A DNA stretch of 64,000 nt from Chlamydiales bacterium (lineage in GTDB: Bacteria; Chlamydiota; Chlamydiia; Chlamydiales; VFKH01), in the NCBI GenBank assembly GCA_031292375.1, contig JARLHF010000021.1, positions 1,785 through 65,784 of the forward strand. The letters are read 5' to 3'. Below, piece after piece: positions 8,323-18,347 of this stretch. The notes beneath the pieces were generated by a model that saw only the letters and a program-made list of their open reading frames with translations, made no database searches and had not been told where the DNA came from. The translations under genes were made by a program, and so were the position numbers. The stretch's first letter is position 1. Each line of letters opens with the position of its first letter.

Positions 8323-9267
8323 TTAAGCCTCTAAAAAAGTAAAGGGTAGAATTTTAGATAACGAGGAGAGGTTGTGTCTTAACATCATGAGTCTGTCAAA
8401 ACCAATTGCAACGCCGCTGCATTCTGGAAGACCCATTTCAAGTGCCTTTAAAAAGGCATAATCAATGGGCAGCTCTTCTTTTCCATGATTTTTTCTCTCT
8501 AAATTTGCTTTTTGTAGGCGCTCTAGCTGCTCTTTTGCGTGTGTTAATTCCAAATAGCCATTGGCAAGTTCTATGCCTTTGTAGTAGATTTCAAAGCGCT
8601 CTCCTACTTTTTCGCCATCATTGAGGACAATTGTCTTTGCAAGAGCTGCTTGCGATGCCGGATAGTGTTTAAAGACAATGATTTCTTGGTTTTTAAAGTG
8701 GGGCTCAATGAGTGCTCCAAGTATTAAGCTAAGGTGAGCATCTTTATCTTCATTTTCAAGGCCTTTATAGGGCTCGACACCTTGATTTTTAAGACAAGAG
8801 AATAGGTTGTCTTTTGATGCTGTAGTGTAGTCGAGATTTAAATACTTTAAAAAAGCCTCTCTATAACTGATTGTAGAAATAGATTTTTTACCAAGAAATA
8901 GTTCGATGAAAGAGAGCGATTCTTCAATCATGTCATTTAAGGAAAAGTTCTTTCTATACCATTCTGCCATCATAAATTCTGAATTATGTATAGGGCTACA
9001 CTCCTCATCTCTAAAGACGTGGGCAAGTTGATAAATATCACCCATTCCCATAGAAAGAAGTCTTTTCATGAAATATTCTGGAGAAGAGTGTAAATAGTAA
9101 TCAGGATAATGACGAGAACATACTTTGAATAAATCGATGTGTAAGTCAATGCATGCAGCACTTCCTGCAAGGGGACAGTCTACTTCTAACACAGACCTCT
9201 CTTTAAAAAAAGCTCTTACGTTTTCTAGCATAAGAGCACGATCTTTAAGATAGGCGATATTTTGCAT
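8323..9267 (-). CDS. epmA: EF-P lysine aminoacylase (EpmA/GenX/PoxA, LysRS class II paralogue)
   Basis: Class II aaRS catalytic core without an anticodon-binding domain (SSPEYFMKRLL, HVFRDEE, GVAIGFDRLMML). The likely ATG at 9267 lies 1 nt after the efp stop. The track start at 9312 overlaps efp. Confidence 0.8.
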   Translation of the reverse strand: MQNIAYLKDRALMLENVRAFFKERSVLEVDCPLAGSAACIDLHIDLFKVCSRHYPDYYLHSSPEYFMKRLLSMGMGDIYQLAHVFRDEECSPIHNSEFMMAEWYRKNFSLNDMIEESLSFIELFLGKKSISTISYREAFLKYLNLDYTTASKDNLFSCLKNQGVEPYKGLENEDKDAHLSLILGALIEPHFKNQEIIVFKHYPASQAALAKTIVLNDGEKVGERFEIYYKGIELANGYLELTHAKEQLERLQKANLERKNHGKEELPIDYAFLKALEMGLPECSGVAIGFDRLMMLRHNLSSLSKILPFTFLEA

Positions 9268-9268
9268 T

Positions 9269-9844
9269 TTATTTGCTAACGCGAGAGACGTATTCACCAG
9301 TACGCGTATCAAACTTTACAAGCTCACCCTCCTCTACAAAGATAGGGATTTGTACTTTGGCGCCCGTGCTAAGTGTTGCAGGTTTCATGACTCTTCCAGA
9401 AGCAGTATCCCCGCGTACGCCTGGGGATGTTTCTGTTATGGTTAACTCCATGAATGTAGGGGCTTCTACAGTTATAGGAGCGCCTTTATAAGTGACAATA
9501 GAGTAGATCTGGTCTTCCATGAGCCAGTCTTCAACGCTTGTAAGGGCACTTAGTGGAATGGTTACTTGTTCAAAGCTTGTATCGTCCATGAACACAACGC
9601 CATTTGGCTCTTTATAGAGCATGCGCATAGAAGACTCTTGTACGTCAGCAACTTCTGCTTTTTCACCTGTCTTAAAGGTACGCTCAATCACTCTTCCCGT
9701 TAGAAGATGCTTGAGTTTGATGCGACTAAAGGGTTGCGCTTTTCCTGGTTTTACAAATTCTGTTGTAACAACAGTGTAGGGTTGACCTTCCAGCTCTATT
9801 TTAAAACCCGCTCTTAAATCGGTCGCATTAACTTGTTGCGCCAT
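9269..9844 (-). CDS. efp: translation elongation factor P
   Basis: 191 aa. Contains the VKPGKAQPFSRIKLK loop with the conserved modifiable Lys, and GDTASGRVMKPATLSTGAKVQIPIF. Confidence 0.95.
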   Translation of the reverse strand: MAQQVNATDLRAGFKIELEGQPYTVVTTEFVKPGKAQPFSRIKLKHLLTGRVIERTFKTGEKAEVADVQESSMRMLYKEPNGVVFMDDTSFEQVTIPLSALTSVEDWLMEDQIYSIVTYKGAPITVEAPTFMELTITETSPGVRGDTASGRVMKPATLSTGAKVQIPIFVEEGELVKFDTRTGEYVSRVSK

Positions 9845-9956
9845 AATAATTTTCCCCTTTTTGTATTAGACCTCTTGCGTAACATGAGTAATTTATGTAA
9901 GAAGTCTATTTTAAATTTAGAGGCAGTCTATCAAAAAAAGGTACGCTCTTCAACTC

Positions 9957-9971
9957 AATTGTTTGTGTATA
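9957..9971. repeat. partial (right-arm) copy of the TATACACAAAC repeat family
   Basis: aattgtttgtgtata matches the right arm aattggtttgtgtata of the 7599 copy. Lies in the efp/amn-like intergenic region. Confidence 0.5.
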
Positions 9972-10017
9972 CTTTGTGCTTTTGTTTTGATAAGATCTTA
10001 CATAAAAAATAAGGAGC

Positions 10018-10845
10018 ATGAGAGTGATGAGTGGTGAAGTTATAGATGCGCATGGTTTAGAGGCACAGATCGCAAGAGACTCGTTGGAGCGCTATTGTGG
10101 ATGCAGTATTAATGAATTTGGCTCTTACCTTTTGCTTACAAACTTTCCTCGTTATGTTAAGTATTTTGCAGAAAGTAGAGGCGTTCCTATGATTGAGGGC
10201 TCCATGTTTAAGGTAGCTCACAGTCCTAAAGAAGATGTTAGTATTTTAGATTTTAAAATGGGGTCGCCAGTAGCTGCGCTCGTTGTTGATTTGTGTTCTT
10301 TTTTACCAGTAAAGGCATGTCTTATGCTTGGTATGTGTGGAGGTCTTAGGAGGCGTTATCAAGTTGGAGAATATTTTGTCCCAGTAGCAGGAATTAGGGG
10401 GGAGGGCACATCGGACTTTTATTATCCGCCAGAAGTTCCAGCTCTTGCAAACTTTTTAATGCAACGCTCTGTAACTCAAGTGCTTGATGACTTAAAGGTC
10501 AATTATCATATTGGAATTACGCATACAACAAACATTCGTTTTTGGGAATTTAATGAAGAGTTTAAAGACCGCCTAAAGGCAAGTCGTGCACAAGCAATTG
10601 AGATGGAGTGTGCCACTTTGTTTTCTGCAAGCTATAAAAGAAAGCTTCCCTTGGGTGCTCTTTTATTAATTTCTGATCTTCCCCTTGATCATAGTGGTAT
10701 AAAAACAAAGAAAAGCTCACAGCATGTTTTTGACAATTATACACAAGATCACGTTGAAAAAGGTGTGCTTATCACACAGATGATGAAAAAAATGCAGCAG
10801 CAGCACGTAAAAGGAGCGCATCGCTGGAGAAACAGTGCGCATTAA
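10018..10845 (+). CDS. amn: AMP nucleosidase-like protein (PNP/UDP phosphorylase family, catalytic domain only)
   Basis: GMCGGLRRRYQVGEYFVP and IEMECATLF are typical of the nucleoside phosphorylase-I fold and the Amn C-terminal domain. 275 aa, like the short chlamydial Amn (from memory). Confidence 0.6.
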   Translation: MRVMSGEVIDAHGLEAQIARDSLERYCGCSINEFGSYLLLTNFPRYVKYFAESRGVPMIEGSMFKVAHSPKEDVSILDFKMGSPVAALVVDLCSFLPVKACLMLGMCGGLRRRYQVGEYFVPVAGIRGEGTSDFYYPPEVPALANFLMQRSVTQVLDDLKVNYHIGITHTTNIRFWEFNEEFKDRLKASRAQAIEMECATLFSASYKRKLPLGALLLISDLPLDHSGIKTKKSSQHVFDNYTQDHVEKGVLITQMMKKMQQQHVKGAHRWRNSAH

Positions 10846-10915
10846 TCGAGCTTTATTGTTTCTTAATATTATTTTATTACAATCGCTCGATATTACTAAA
10901 TATTAGAGGTAGAAG

Positions 10916-11299
10916 ATGTCAATAGTTTCTATTCCGCTGGGATCAGATGTTTTAAGAAACTCTTTTGAAGACCTTAAAAATCATTATAATAGACCTTGTT
11001 CTGAGGGCACTCGAGGTGTTTTAGAAATGGTGGGCAGATCTATTGTAGTAGTCCCTGCGCATTTGCTTTCAGCGGTTGTTGTTGGGGTTGCTTATTTTGT
11101 AACAGATGCTGTTATTGCTACGTTGTTTGCTTTGGCAGCATGTTTTACATTCGATATTTATCCTTCATTGAGTACGGAAGCAGAAATCCGTGCCACAAGT
11201 GCGACTAAGATTTTATGTTATATAGCAGCGCATGCGCTTGCGTTTTTACCGCCTTTGGGCTATGAGCTTTACAATCAATCACCTGCTTTTGAATTTTAA
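10916..11299 (+). CDS. small membrane protein with a bilobed hydrophobic domain (Inc-like topology)
   Basis: 127 aa. An uninterrupted ~38-aa hydrophobic stretch SIVVVPAHLLSAVVVGVAYFVTDAVIATLFALAACFTF forms two lobes around VTD. Confidence 0.45.
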   Translation: MSIVSIPLGSDVLRNSFEDLKNHYNRPCSEGTRGVLEMVGRSIVVVPAHLLSAVVVGVAYFVTDAVIATLFALAACFTFDIYPSLSTEAEIRATSATKILCYIAAHALAFLPPLGYELYNQSPAFEF

Positions 11300-14200
11300 G
11301 AGATTATTTCAATAATCTTTTTTTCAAAGGCTTCTGCCGTTTTAGGGGCTGAAAAGATCACTGTTCGTGTTTCGGTTTTGTTTTTTATCTGTTTTTCTAT
11401 TGTAAGTGTCATCGACTGAAGCTTCAGTGAGGCTATGTTGTTTTTAGATGCAATCATGCGGATTCTACTAAAGTGGTAAAGCCACACAGCTTGAATGGGT
11501 AGTTTGCCAAACCTATCTTGAATTTCGTTGAATAATTCATCAACTTCTTCTAGGGAGGAGAGTTCTCCTAAGCGCTGATAAAGCTCCATACGAAGATGTG
11601 TTTCGCTGATATATTCATCTGTAAATCGCGCATCTTGTGGAAATTCTAACTTAACATCAACTTGAGTATTCCCTTTTCCTTGTAAAGAGTTCATTGTACG
11701 CCTTAAAAGTTTGCAGTAGAGATGAAAGCCGATGCTAGACACATGTCCCGATTGTTCAGTGCCAATAAGGTCGCCAGAGCCCCTAATTTCTAAGTCCCTC
11801 ATTGCAAGGCGCATGCCTCCTCCATAGCCACTGATCTGAGATAGGGCAATTAGGCGCTTGTTTGCAATTTCTGAAAGAGCGTGTTTTTGTTGTGTTAAAA
11901 AATAGCAATAAGCACGCCTATTCCATCTGCCAACCCTTCCTCGTAGTTGGTATAAGTCACTCAAACCAAATTTGTCTGCTCTATCAATTAAAATTGTATT
12001 GGCATTAGGAATATCAATACCACTTTCTATAATAGTTGTAGCAATTAAGATGTCTGCATTACCCATTTTGAATGTATGGAAAGTAATATCAATTTCGTCA
12101 GCAGACATTTGCCCGTGAGCAACTAGTATGCGCGCTTCTGGGAGCAGTTTGGAAATGCGCGCCTTTACATCAAAGATGGATTCTACACGGTTGTGGATGA
12201 TATATGCTTGTCCATCCCTTGCAAGCTCCCTCATAAGGGCTGTTTGAATGATGCTATCTTCATTTTTGGCGAGTATGGTTTTGATAGGCAAGCGGTCTTG
12301 AGGAGGTGTGCTGATTACAGCCATATCACGTGCTCCTACCAAAGACATATAAAGCGTGCGTGGAATGGGTGTTGCAGAGAGCGTTAAGCAGTCAACACCA
12401 GTTTTAATGGTTTTTAGATGCTCTTTTGCTTTTACCCCAAAGCGCTGCTCTTCATCGATGATGATGAGACCTAAATCTTTAAAGTGCACATCTTTACTAA
12501 TCAGTCTGTGTGTACCAATTACAATATCAAGAGTGCCTTTCTGTAGCTCCTTGAGGGTTTCTTTGATCTGTTTTTGCGTGCGAAAGCGAGATAATACGCC
12601 AATGCGTACTGGAAAATTGCGAAAACGTTCTGTAAAACTTTCAAAGTGTTGCATGGCAAGCAAAGTGGTTGGAACAAGTACAGCAACTTGTTTTGAGCCA
12701 TCAATTACTGCTTTAAAAGCACCTCTCATGGCAACTTCTGTTTTCCCATAGCCAACATCTCCGCAAATAAGTAGATCCATGCACTTTGTAGAGGTCATTT
12801 CTTGCTTTAACTTTGCGATGGCAGTTTTTTGGTCTTCTGTTTCAATGTAGGGAAAATCTTGCTCAAAAAGATGCATATCAAGGCTATCTTCCTTGAAGGC
12901 AAATCCTTTGTTTTGAGATCTTTCTGCATACAAGACAAGAAGCTTTTGAGCATACCCAAGAATCAATCCCTCCGTTTTTGCTTTGAGAGCTTTCCACTTA
13001 GTGTTATTGATGGAGTGAAGTGTTGGAAGAGCATCACTTGTTCCAATGTATTTATTGATAAGATAAGCGTTATGTATAGGAACATAGAGTTTTGTTTTTT
13101 CAGCGTATTCGATGACAAGAAATTCTGTTTCAATGCCATTGTGGTTGGGTTTTTTTTCAATTCCAAGATATTTTCCAATTCCATTGTGAAAGTGGACAAC
13201 AAGGTCTCCTGGCTCCAATTCTAAAAGCTCTGATGGAGGTGTATGGAATGTACTTCTATTTTTTTGCCTTCTTATTTTATAGCGATGAAAAAGTTCTGTC
13301 AGAGGGAAGATGGCAAGATTTGCATCTTTAATATAAAATCCAGAAGATAGGTACCCTCTTTGAAAATGTGTCTTGCTTGGAAGTAAAATCTTGTCTGCAT
13401 CTATCTTTTTTCTAAAAGTAGCTTCGTCATTTTCTGTGTCCGAAAGAACAGTAAGTTCGATATCTTTACTTTTAAATTCATTAAGCTTGAAGAAGAGAGC
13501 CTCTTGCGAAATGTCTTCATCTTCTGTAAAAAGAAGGTCTGTAAATGTTACAAAGGGGTGTCTCCAACGAAGGGCTGTATAATCCTCTCCAAACATAGAA
13601 AAAGCAATTTTTGTAGCAGAAGCATTATCAGAGTAGGCTTTTGCCTGCTTTTCTAAGAGAGACACTTCAGTTAATTCTTCTAGGGTGCTTTTTGTGATAA
13701 AGATTTTCTGAAGGGATTTGCTCTCTGTTAAAAAGTTTTTAAAGGACGCAAAAGTATGAGATGTTGTGCTTGGTGCTATTTGAATGGCTTTATCTTCCAG
13801 AGCGTGTAAATCATCCATTAAAATGAGAGTGCCCTTTCCAAGGTAGTCTAGAAGAGATACTGTCTTGTTTTTTTGCAAAAGTAACTTTTCATTTGCAGGG
13901 GTAATTTCGACATGACTAATCTTTTGTATCGACTTTTGGCCGATAGGATCATAGATTCGAATGGATTCGATCACATCTTCAAAGAATTCGATACGAAAGG
14001 GATCTGGTGATGAGACGGGAAAGATATCTAATATGCCTCCTCGAATGGCAAATTGCCCCTTGTCGTTAGCAACAGGGAATTGTTCGTAGCCCATTTCAAG
14101 AAGCTTTGTAGGAAATCCTTTAAAAGATTGCTCAGAGCCTACTTTTAGATGAATGAGTAGATGAGATAATGCTTTTTTTTCTAATACCTTTTGTAGAGCC

Positions 14201-14562
14201 GATTGCAATGGACAGACAACAATAGAGGCATTTTTTTGATGAAGAAGGTTTTTAAGGGCAAGTGTGCGCTCTCCTACAACATCGGGGCTTGGTGCAATCT
14301 CTTCTGTTGGAAGAGTCTCCCAGGAGGGAATTTCCAACAAACCCCCTTCTTCTATCAGGTAGGCAAAGTCTTGTATCAGGTGAGATTCTGTTGTGCCAGT
14401 TGTTAATATAAGGATATTTTTTTGCGTAGATTCGCGGGCAATGGTTGCAAGAAGAGCTTTTGGAGTATCCCATAAGCCTTCAATGACAATGTCATTGCCT
14501 TCTTTTAGAATCGCTGCAAACTCTTGAAGCTTTTTGCTTTTTAGAAAGTTAATACCTTTCAT
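11296..14562 (-). CDS. mfd: transcription-repair coupling factor
   Basis: 1088 aa. Helicase motifs GDVGYGKTEVAMRGA, DEEQRFGV, SATPIPRTL and LRGRVGRWNRRAY; RNAP-interaction-type region HFHNGIGKY. Confidence 0.95.
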   Translation of the reverse strand: MKGINFLKSKKLQEFAAILKEGNDIVIEGLWDTPKALLATIARESTQKNILILTTGTTESHLIQDFAYLIEEGGLLEIPSWETLPTEEIAPSPDVVGERTLALKNLLHQKNASIVVCPLQSALQKVLEKKALSHLLIHLKVGSEQSFKGFPTKLLEMGYEQFPVANDKGQFAIRGGILDIFPVSSPDPFRIEFFEDVIESIRIYDPIGQKSIQKISHVEITPANEKLLLQKNKTVSLLDYLGKGTLILMDDLHALEDKAIQIAPSTTSHTFASFKNFLTESKSLQKIFITKSTLEELTEVSLLEKQAKAYSDNASATKIAFSMFGEDYTALRWRHPFVTFTDLLFTEDEDISQEALFFKLNEFKSKDIELTVLSDTENDEATFRKKIDADKILLPSKTHFQRGYLSSGFYIKDANLAIFPLTELFHRYKIRRQKNRSTFHTPPSELLELEPGDLVVHFHNGIGKYLGIEKKPNHNGIETEFLVIEYAEKTKLYVPIHNAYLINKYIGTSDALPTLHSINNTKWKALKAKTEGLILGYAQKLLVLYAERSQNKGFAFKEDSLDMHLFEQDFPYIETEDQKTAIAKLKQEMTSTKCMDLLICGDVGYGKTEVAMRGAFKAVIDGSKQVAVLVPTTLLAMQHFESFTERFRNFPVRIGVLSRFRTQKQIKETLKELQKGTLDIVIGTHRLISKDVHFKDLGLIIIDEEQRFGVKAKEHLKTIKTGVDCLTLSATPIPRTLYMSLVGARDMAVISTPPQDRLPIKTILAKNEDSIIQTALMRELARDGQAYIIHNRVESIFDVKARISKLLPEARILVAHGQMSADEIDITFHTFKMGNADILIATTIIESGIDIPNANTILIDRADKFGLSDLYQLRGRVGRWNRRAYCYFLTQQKHALSEIANKRLIALSQISGYGGGMRLAMRDLEIRGSGDLIGTEQSGHVSSIGFHLYCKLLRRTMNSLQGKGNTQVDVKLEFPQDARFTDEYISETHLRMELYQRLGELSSLEEVDELFNEIQDRFGKLPIQAVWLYHFSRIRMIASKNNIASLKLQSMTLTIEKQIKNKTETRTVIFSAPKTAEAFEKKIIEIIS

Positions 14563-14568
14563 GGGTAA

Positions 14569-17208
14569 CTATTTTTTTAGACGTTTTTTGACAAAGGCAA
14601 AAACTTCTGGTAGTTTCTCTGGTAACCTACCACCACATTGAGCACTATCGGGTCTTCCTCCGCCAATACCGTCGATAATGCCTCCAAGTTCTTTTACAAG
14701 CTTGTTTGCATCAAGACCTTCCTTAACAAGATCGGAAGAAATACGCATGACAAGTAAGCATTTATTCTCTTCTGGAACAGCAAGAAGTACAACACCTCTT
14801 TTTAATTCTTTTAAAATGATCTCAGCAAGGTCTTTGAGTTCATTTTGAGCAACTGTAATGGAGGCTCCTACAAAAGAAATTGTATCGATAAGTTCTTGTT
14901 GTGCAAGAAGTGCATTTGCTGCTCTTTGTAAAAGCACTTGTTTCATAGCTTTTATGCTTTGATGAAGTTCTCTGTTTTCTTCTACAATTTTTTCCATCTT
15001 TTCTACAACTTGTGTAGAGGGAACTTTTAAGAGGTTAGCTACATTTATAAGAGAACATTCCTGTTCTTTTGCATAGTTTTCAGCCTCTTTACCAGTGACA
15101 GCTTCAATGCGTCGAACTCCTGCTGCAATACTACTTTCTTTGATAATGCGAAAATAACCAATATTTCCAGAAAAGTTTGTGTGGGTGCCTCCACAAAGTT
15201 CTTTAGAATAATCAATGTCTACAACACGTACTAGTTGGCCATATTTATCTCCAAAAAATTGCTTGATTTCTTGTTTTTTTTGCGCTTCATCATAACCTAT
15301 TTCATAAGTTTCAATGCGGGTATTGCTGCGGATTTTTTCGTTGACAAGATCTTCAATGGATTGCAGTTCTTGGAGAGTCAGTGCTTTATGGTGGTTAAAA
15401 TCGAAGCGAAGGCGTGCATCGTCCACTAAAGAACCAGCTTGCTTGATATGCTCACCACAAACTTTGTGTAGAGCCCAATGTAAGAGGTGTGTTGCTGTAT
15501 GATTATTTTGAATTTTTTCACGGCGTAAAGGATCCACGTGAGCAGAGATTTTGTCGCCAACTTTCACAGATCCACTTATAACAAGGCCTTTGTGGAGGAT
15601 AATTTGTGGATAGGGCGATTTACAATCCTCTACAGAAAAAGAGAAAGATGAGCCTTTTATGCTTCCTGTATCTCCTACTTGCCCACCTTTTTCTGCATAA
15701 AAAGGTGTTTTGTCTAAAATGAGAGAAACCTTGTCACCCTCATTTGCAAGAGATACAAGTTGTTTGTCAGAAAGTATGGCCATGACTGTGGCTTCAAGAG
15801 ATACATTTGTAAATCCCTCAAAAGAGGAAGATGTGCCCTTGTTTGCAAGTTCTTCAAAGAAGTTTTCAGAGAGTGTGACTTCATTTGTTTTTTGAGTTGC
15901 TTTGGAGCGTAATTTAGCTTCTTTTTCTAGGTGTTGATAGCGACTCAAATCGACATCAAGGTGGTTGTCTTTTGCGATAAGTAAAATTTCTTCTACAGGA
16001 AGTCCATAGGTGTCTTTTAATTTAAAAGCATCATCACCACTGATCATATGATCCTTTTCTGTTGCCTGTACAATGACCTGATTTAAAAGATTGCCTCCTC
16101 GCTTTAGGGTGCGGAAAAAAGCTTCTTCTTCTTGTGAAAGAATTTCTGCAATGCGATTTTCTGCTTGTTTGAGCTCTTTATATGTATCTGCCATAGTGTC
16201 AATGAGAGTAGGCAGTACTTTTGCAAGGAAAGGCTCTTCAAATTTTAAGATACGTCCATAACGAACAGCTCTTCTCAATATTTTTCGAAGAACATAACCT
16301 CGCTCTACATTGCTTGGTTGAGCGCCATCAGCGATAGCAAAAGAGATTGATCGCAAGTGGTCTGCAATGACATGGAAAGCAGGAGCAAGTGGTGCATGTT
16401 CATTTTCATAGCGAATGCCGGATAGATTTTCGACAGATGCAATGATGGTGCGTAAAATATCTGTTGCAAAAATGGAGTTTACACCCATTTTAAGGCCAAC
16501 AACGCGCTCAAGGCCAGCACCTGTGTCGATAGATTGTTTTGGAAGAACTTCTAATTGTCCAGAATTTGTTTTGTTGTTTTGCATGAAAACAAGATTCCAA
16601 AATTCTAAAAAACGCTCTCCGCTTGTGTCTTCAATGGGGTTTTTAGCAGAACCAAAGGATGATCCTCTGTCGTAGAGCAGTTCTGAGCAAGGACCACAAG
16701 GGCCTGTATCTCCCATTGCCCAAAAGTTTGTATCCTCATTCATGCGAAAGATTCTATTTTCCGGTAAAAATCTTTTCCAGAGCTCGAACGCTTCATTATC
16801 CTCTCTGAAGACGGTGGCGTAGATATTGGAGGCATCAAACTGAAATACTTCTGTTGAGACCTCGAATGCAAATTGGATTGCTTGCTCTTTAAAGTAGTCG
16901 CCAAAGGAAAAATTTCCAAGCATTTCAAAAAAAGTTAGATGCCTTGTTGTATGGCCTACGTTATCTAAATCATTATGTTTGCCACCTGCTCGGATGCACT
17001 TTTGGCTTGTTGCAGCGCGCTTGTAGTCCCTTACGGTTTTTCCAAGGAAGACATCTTTAAATTGGTTCATCCCTGCATTGATAAAGAGAAGAGTTGGATC
17101 ATCATGAGGGATAACAGGCGAAGAAGGGATAATGGCATGGCCGTTCTTTTTAAAATAATTTAAAAAATCTTGCCTGATTCGATCTGTTTCATGAAGCTTA
17201 TGATTCAT
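14569..17208 (-). CDS. alaS: alanyl-tRNA synthetase
   Basis: 879 aa. [15 protein letters not shown], editing-domain [11 protein letters not shown] and CGGTH, C-terminal [12 protein letters not shown]. Confidence 0.95.
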   Translation of the reverse strand: MNHKLHETDRIRQDFLNYFKKNGHAIIPSSPVIPHDDPTLLFINAGMNQFKDVFLGKTVRDYKRAATSQKCIRAGGKHNDLDNVGHTTRHLTFFEMLGNFSFGDYFKEQAIQFAFEVSTEVFQFDASNIYATVFREDNEAFELWKRFLPENRIFRMNEDTNFWAMGDTGPCGPCSELLYDRGSSFGSAKNPIEDTSGERFLEFWNLVFMQNNKTNSGQLEVLPKQSIDTGAGLERVVGLKMGVNSIFATDILRTIIASVENLSGIRYENEHAPLAPAFHVIADHLRSISFAIADGAQPSNVERGYVLRKILRRAVRYGRILKFEEPFLAKVLPTLIDTMADTYKELKQAENRIAEILSQEEEAFFRTLKRGGNLLNQVIVQATEKDHMISGDDAFKLKDTYGLPVEEILLIAKDNHLDVDLSRYQHLEKEAKLRSKATQKTNEVTLSENFFEELANKGTSSSFEGFTNVSLEATVMAILSDKQLVSLANEGDKVSLILDKTPFYAEKGGQVGDTGSIKGSSFSFSVEDCKSPYPQIILHKGLVISGSVKVGDKISAHVDPLRREKIQNNHTATHLLHWALHKVCGEHIKQAGSLVDDARLRFDFNHHKALTLQELQSIEDLVNEKIRSNTRIETYEIGYDEAQKKQEIKQFFGDKYGQLVRVVDIDYSKELCGGTHTNFSGNIGYFRIIKESSIAAGVRRIEAVTGKEAENYAKEQECSLINVANLLKVPSTQVVEKMEKIVEENRELHQSIKAMKQVLLQRAANALLAQQELIDTISFVGASITVAQNELKDLAEIILKELKRGVVLLAVPEENKCLLVMRISSDLVKEGLDANKLVKELGGIIDGIGGGRPDSAQCGGRLPEKLPEVFAFVKKRLKK

Positions 17209-17318
17209 CTATTTGTCCAAAAGAATTTATTGTAAATTGTACAACTCTAGCAGATAAACACTTTTAGTGCATTAGGGTTCATTGCCTCCTGGTAAATTTT
17301 AAGAAGAAGCAGGTAGTA

Positions 17319-17354
17319 TATACACAAACCAATTCTTGAATTTGTTTGTGTATA
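17319..17354. repeat. TATACACAAAC-family palindromic repeat, inverted orientation
   Basis: tatacacaaaccaattcttgaatttgtttgtgtata is the reverse complement of the 7599 copy with one mismatch. Lies between ORF 17441 (minus) and alaS. Confidence 0.75.
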
Positions 17355-17440
17355 CTTTCTCATATACTGGATTCTTGCTTGAAATGGTTGTATGTATAAT
17401 TTACAGGGTGAAGATCCCTACTCGATTAAGTGCTTTAGAT

Positions 17441-17797
17441 CTAGCCGCAGTTAATATTAGATAAAACATAATTGACAAAACAATTATTTAAAATACCTAA
17501 AGTACATATATTAATCACATTATTTGTAAATATTATACTAAGATCAAGTGCATCATTTCGGTGTACTTCATATTTCTTTTCATTTTGTGATTGAAAAGAA
17601 GGGTTCCTTTGAAATTTTTGAAAGATGAGCTGAGCCACATTTACAATCATCATAGTTCCTGAAATAAGAGCTGTTGGTATAGAAACAATAGGACCTAATA
17701 TAGGTATTGCTTGTGGTAAATATGCAGACTCATAATTTTGTCGTCTGATAGCTCTGTATGTGCATTCTAATATTTGTGTAATCATCTTAATATCCAT
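17441..17797 (-). CDS. hypothetical membrane protein
   Basis: 118-aa ORF with hydrophobic stretch AIPILGPIVSIPTALISGTMMIVNVAQLIF. Very AT-rich, with no recognisable family. Confidence 0.4.
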   Translation of the reverse strand: MDIKMITQILECTYRAIRRQNYESAYLPQAIPILGPIVSIPTALISGTMMIVNVAQLIFQKFQRNPSFQSQNEKKYEVHRNDALDLSIIFTNNVINICTLGILNNCFVNYVLSNINCG

Positions 17798-17877
17798 TAT
17801 TTAAGTAAAATAAAAGTTATTATAGCGTGTTTTTTGTTGTTTGTCAATTTTTTTTATTGAAAGAGAGGCTCTTGCTT

Positions 17878-18250
17878 CGGGAATTCCTGGAAAAAATTTA
17901 AAAAATCATTACAATTTGGCGGCAGCATTTGAAATACTGTAATCCCTTTTTCAATGCTATTGTTTTTTGAGCTTTCCTAGGAGGCTGCCCTAGGCTTTTA
18001 TAGATCAGGCTTTCAGTCTGAAATGGTTGCAAACGTAATTTTCAGGGCATCGCCCTGTATTATAAAAGCCTAGGGCACACGCCCTAGGTTGTTTCAAAAC
18101 ATGATTTGCAGGCTGAAGGCCTGCGTTATAGTGTTCTAAGGCATTCGCCTAGAACAAAGAGGATTCGCAGCGCAAGCGATTGCGCTCCTCACAGTTATAG
18201 TTAATCCTCCTCCTTGGATAATTATTTTAAGATTTTTCCAAGAATTCCCG
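17878..18250. mobile_element. MITE-like non-coding element (373 bp) with 19-bp terminal inverted repeats and internal GC-rich hairpins
   Basis: Left end cgggaattcctggaaaaaa (17878..17896) matches the reverse complement of the right end atttttccaagaattcccg (18232..18250), which reads cgggaattcttggaaaaat (17/19). The interior has at least 6 short GGC/GCC hairpins and a 15-bp long-range inverted repeat. No ORF. Confidence 0.45.
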
Positions 18251-18347
18251 CTGAGGGAATTCCTCATAGCACTTTTTTCTTGAATTTTAATAAGAATTAG
18301 TTAATTCTGTCTGAGTTTTAGTTAGTAAATGTAGATCGTATAAGCAA

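Noticed and set aside
17976-18186. Possible CRISPR array, suggested by the regular-looking short palindromes.
   Set aside because: The hairpins differ in sequence and length, the spacing is irregular, there is no repeated unit of 24-40 bp, and there are no cas genes in the window.
17878-18250. Known structured RNAs (RNase P RNA, tmRNA, SRP/4.5S, 6S) in the GC-rich intergenic region.
   Set aside because: I could not find the hallmark conserved strings (e.g. GGAAAGUCC for RNase P, the tRNA-like GGGG...CCACCA ends of tmRNA, or the SRP GGAA/AGCA tetraloop region). An unclassified sRNA is still possible, so the region is reported as a MITE-like or structured element instead.
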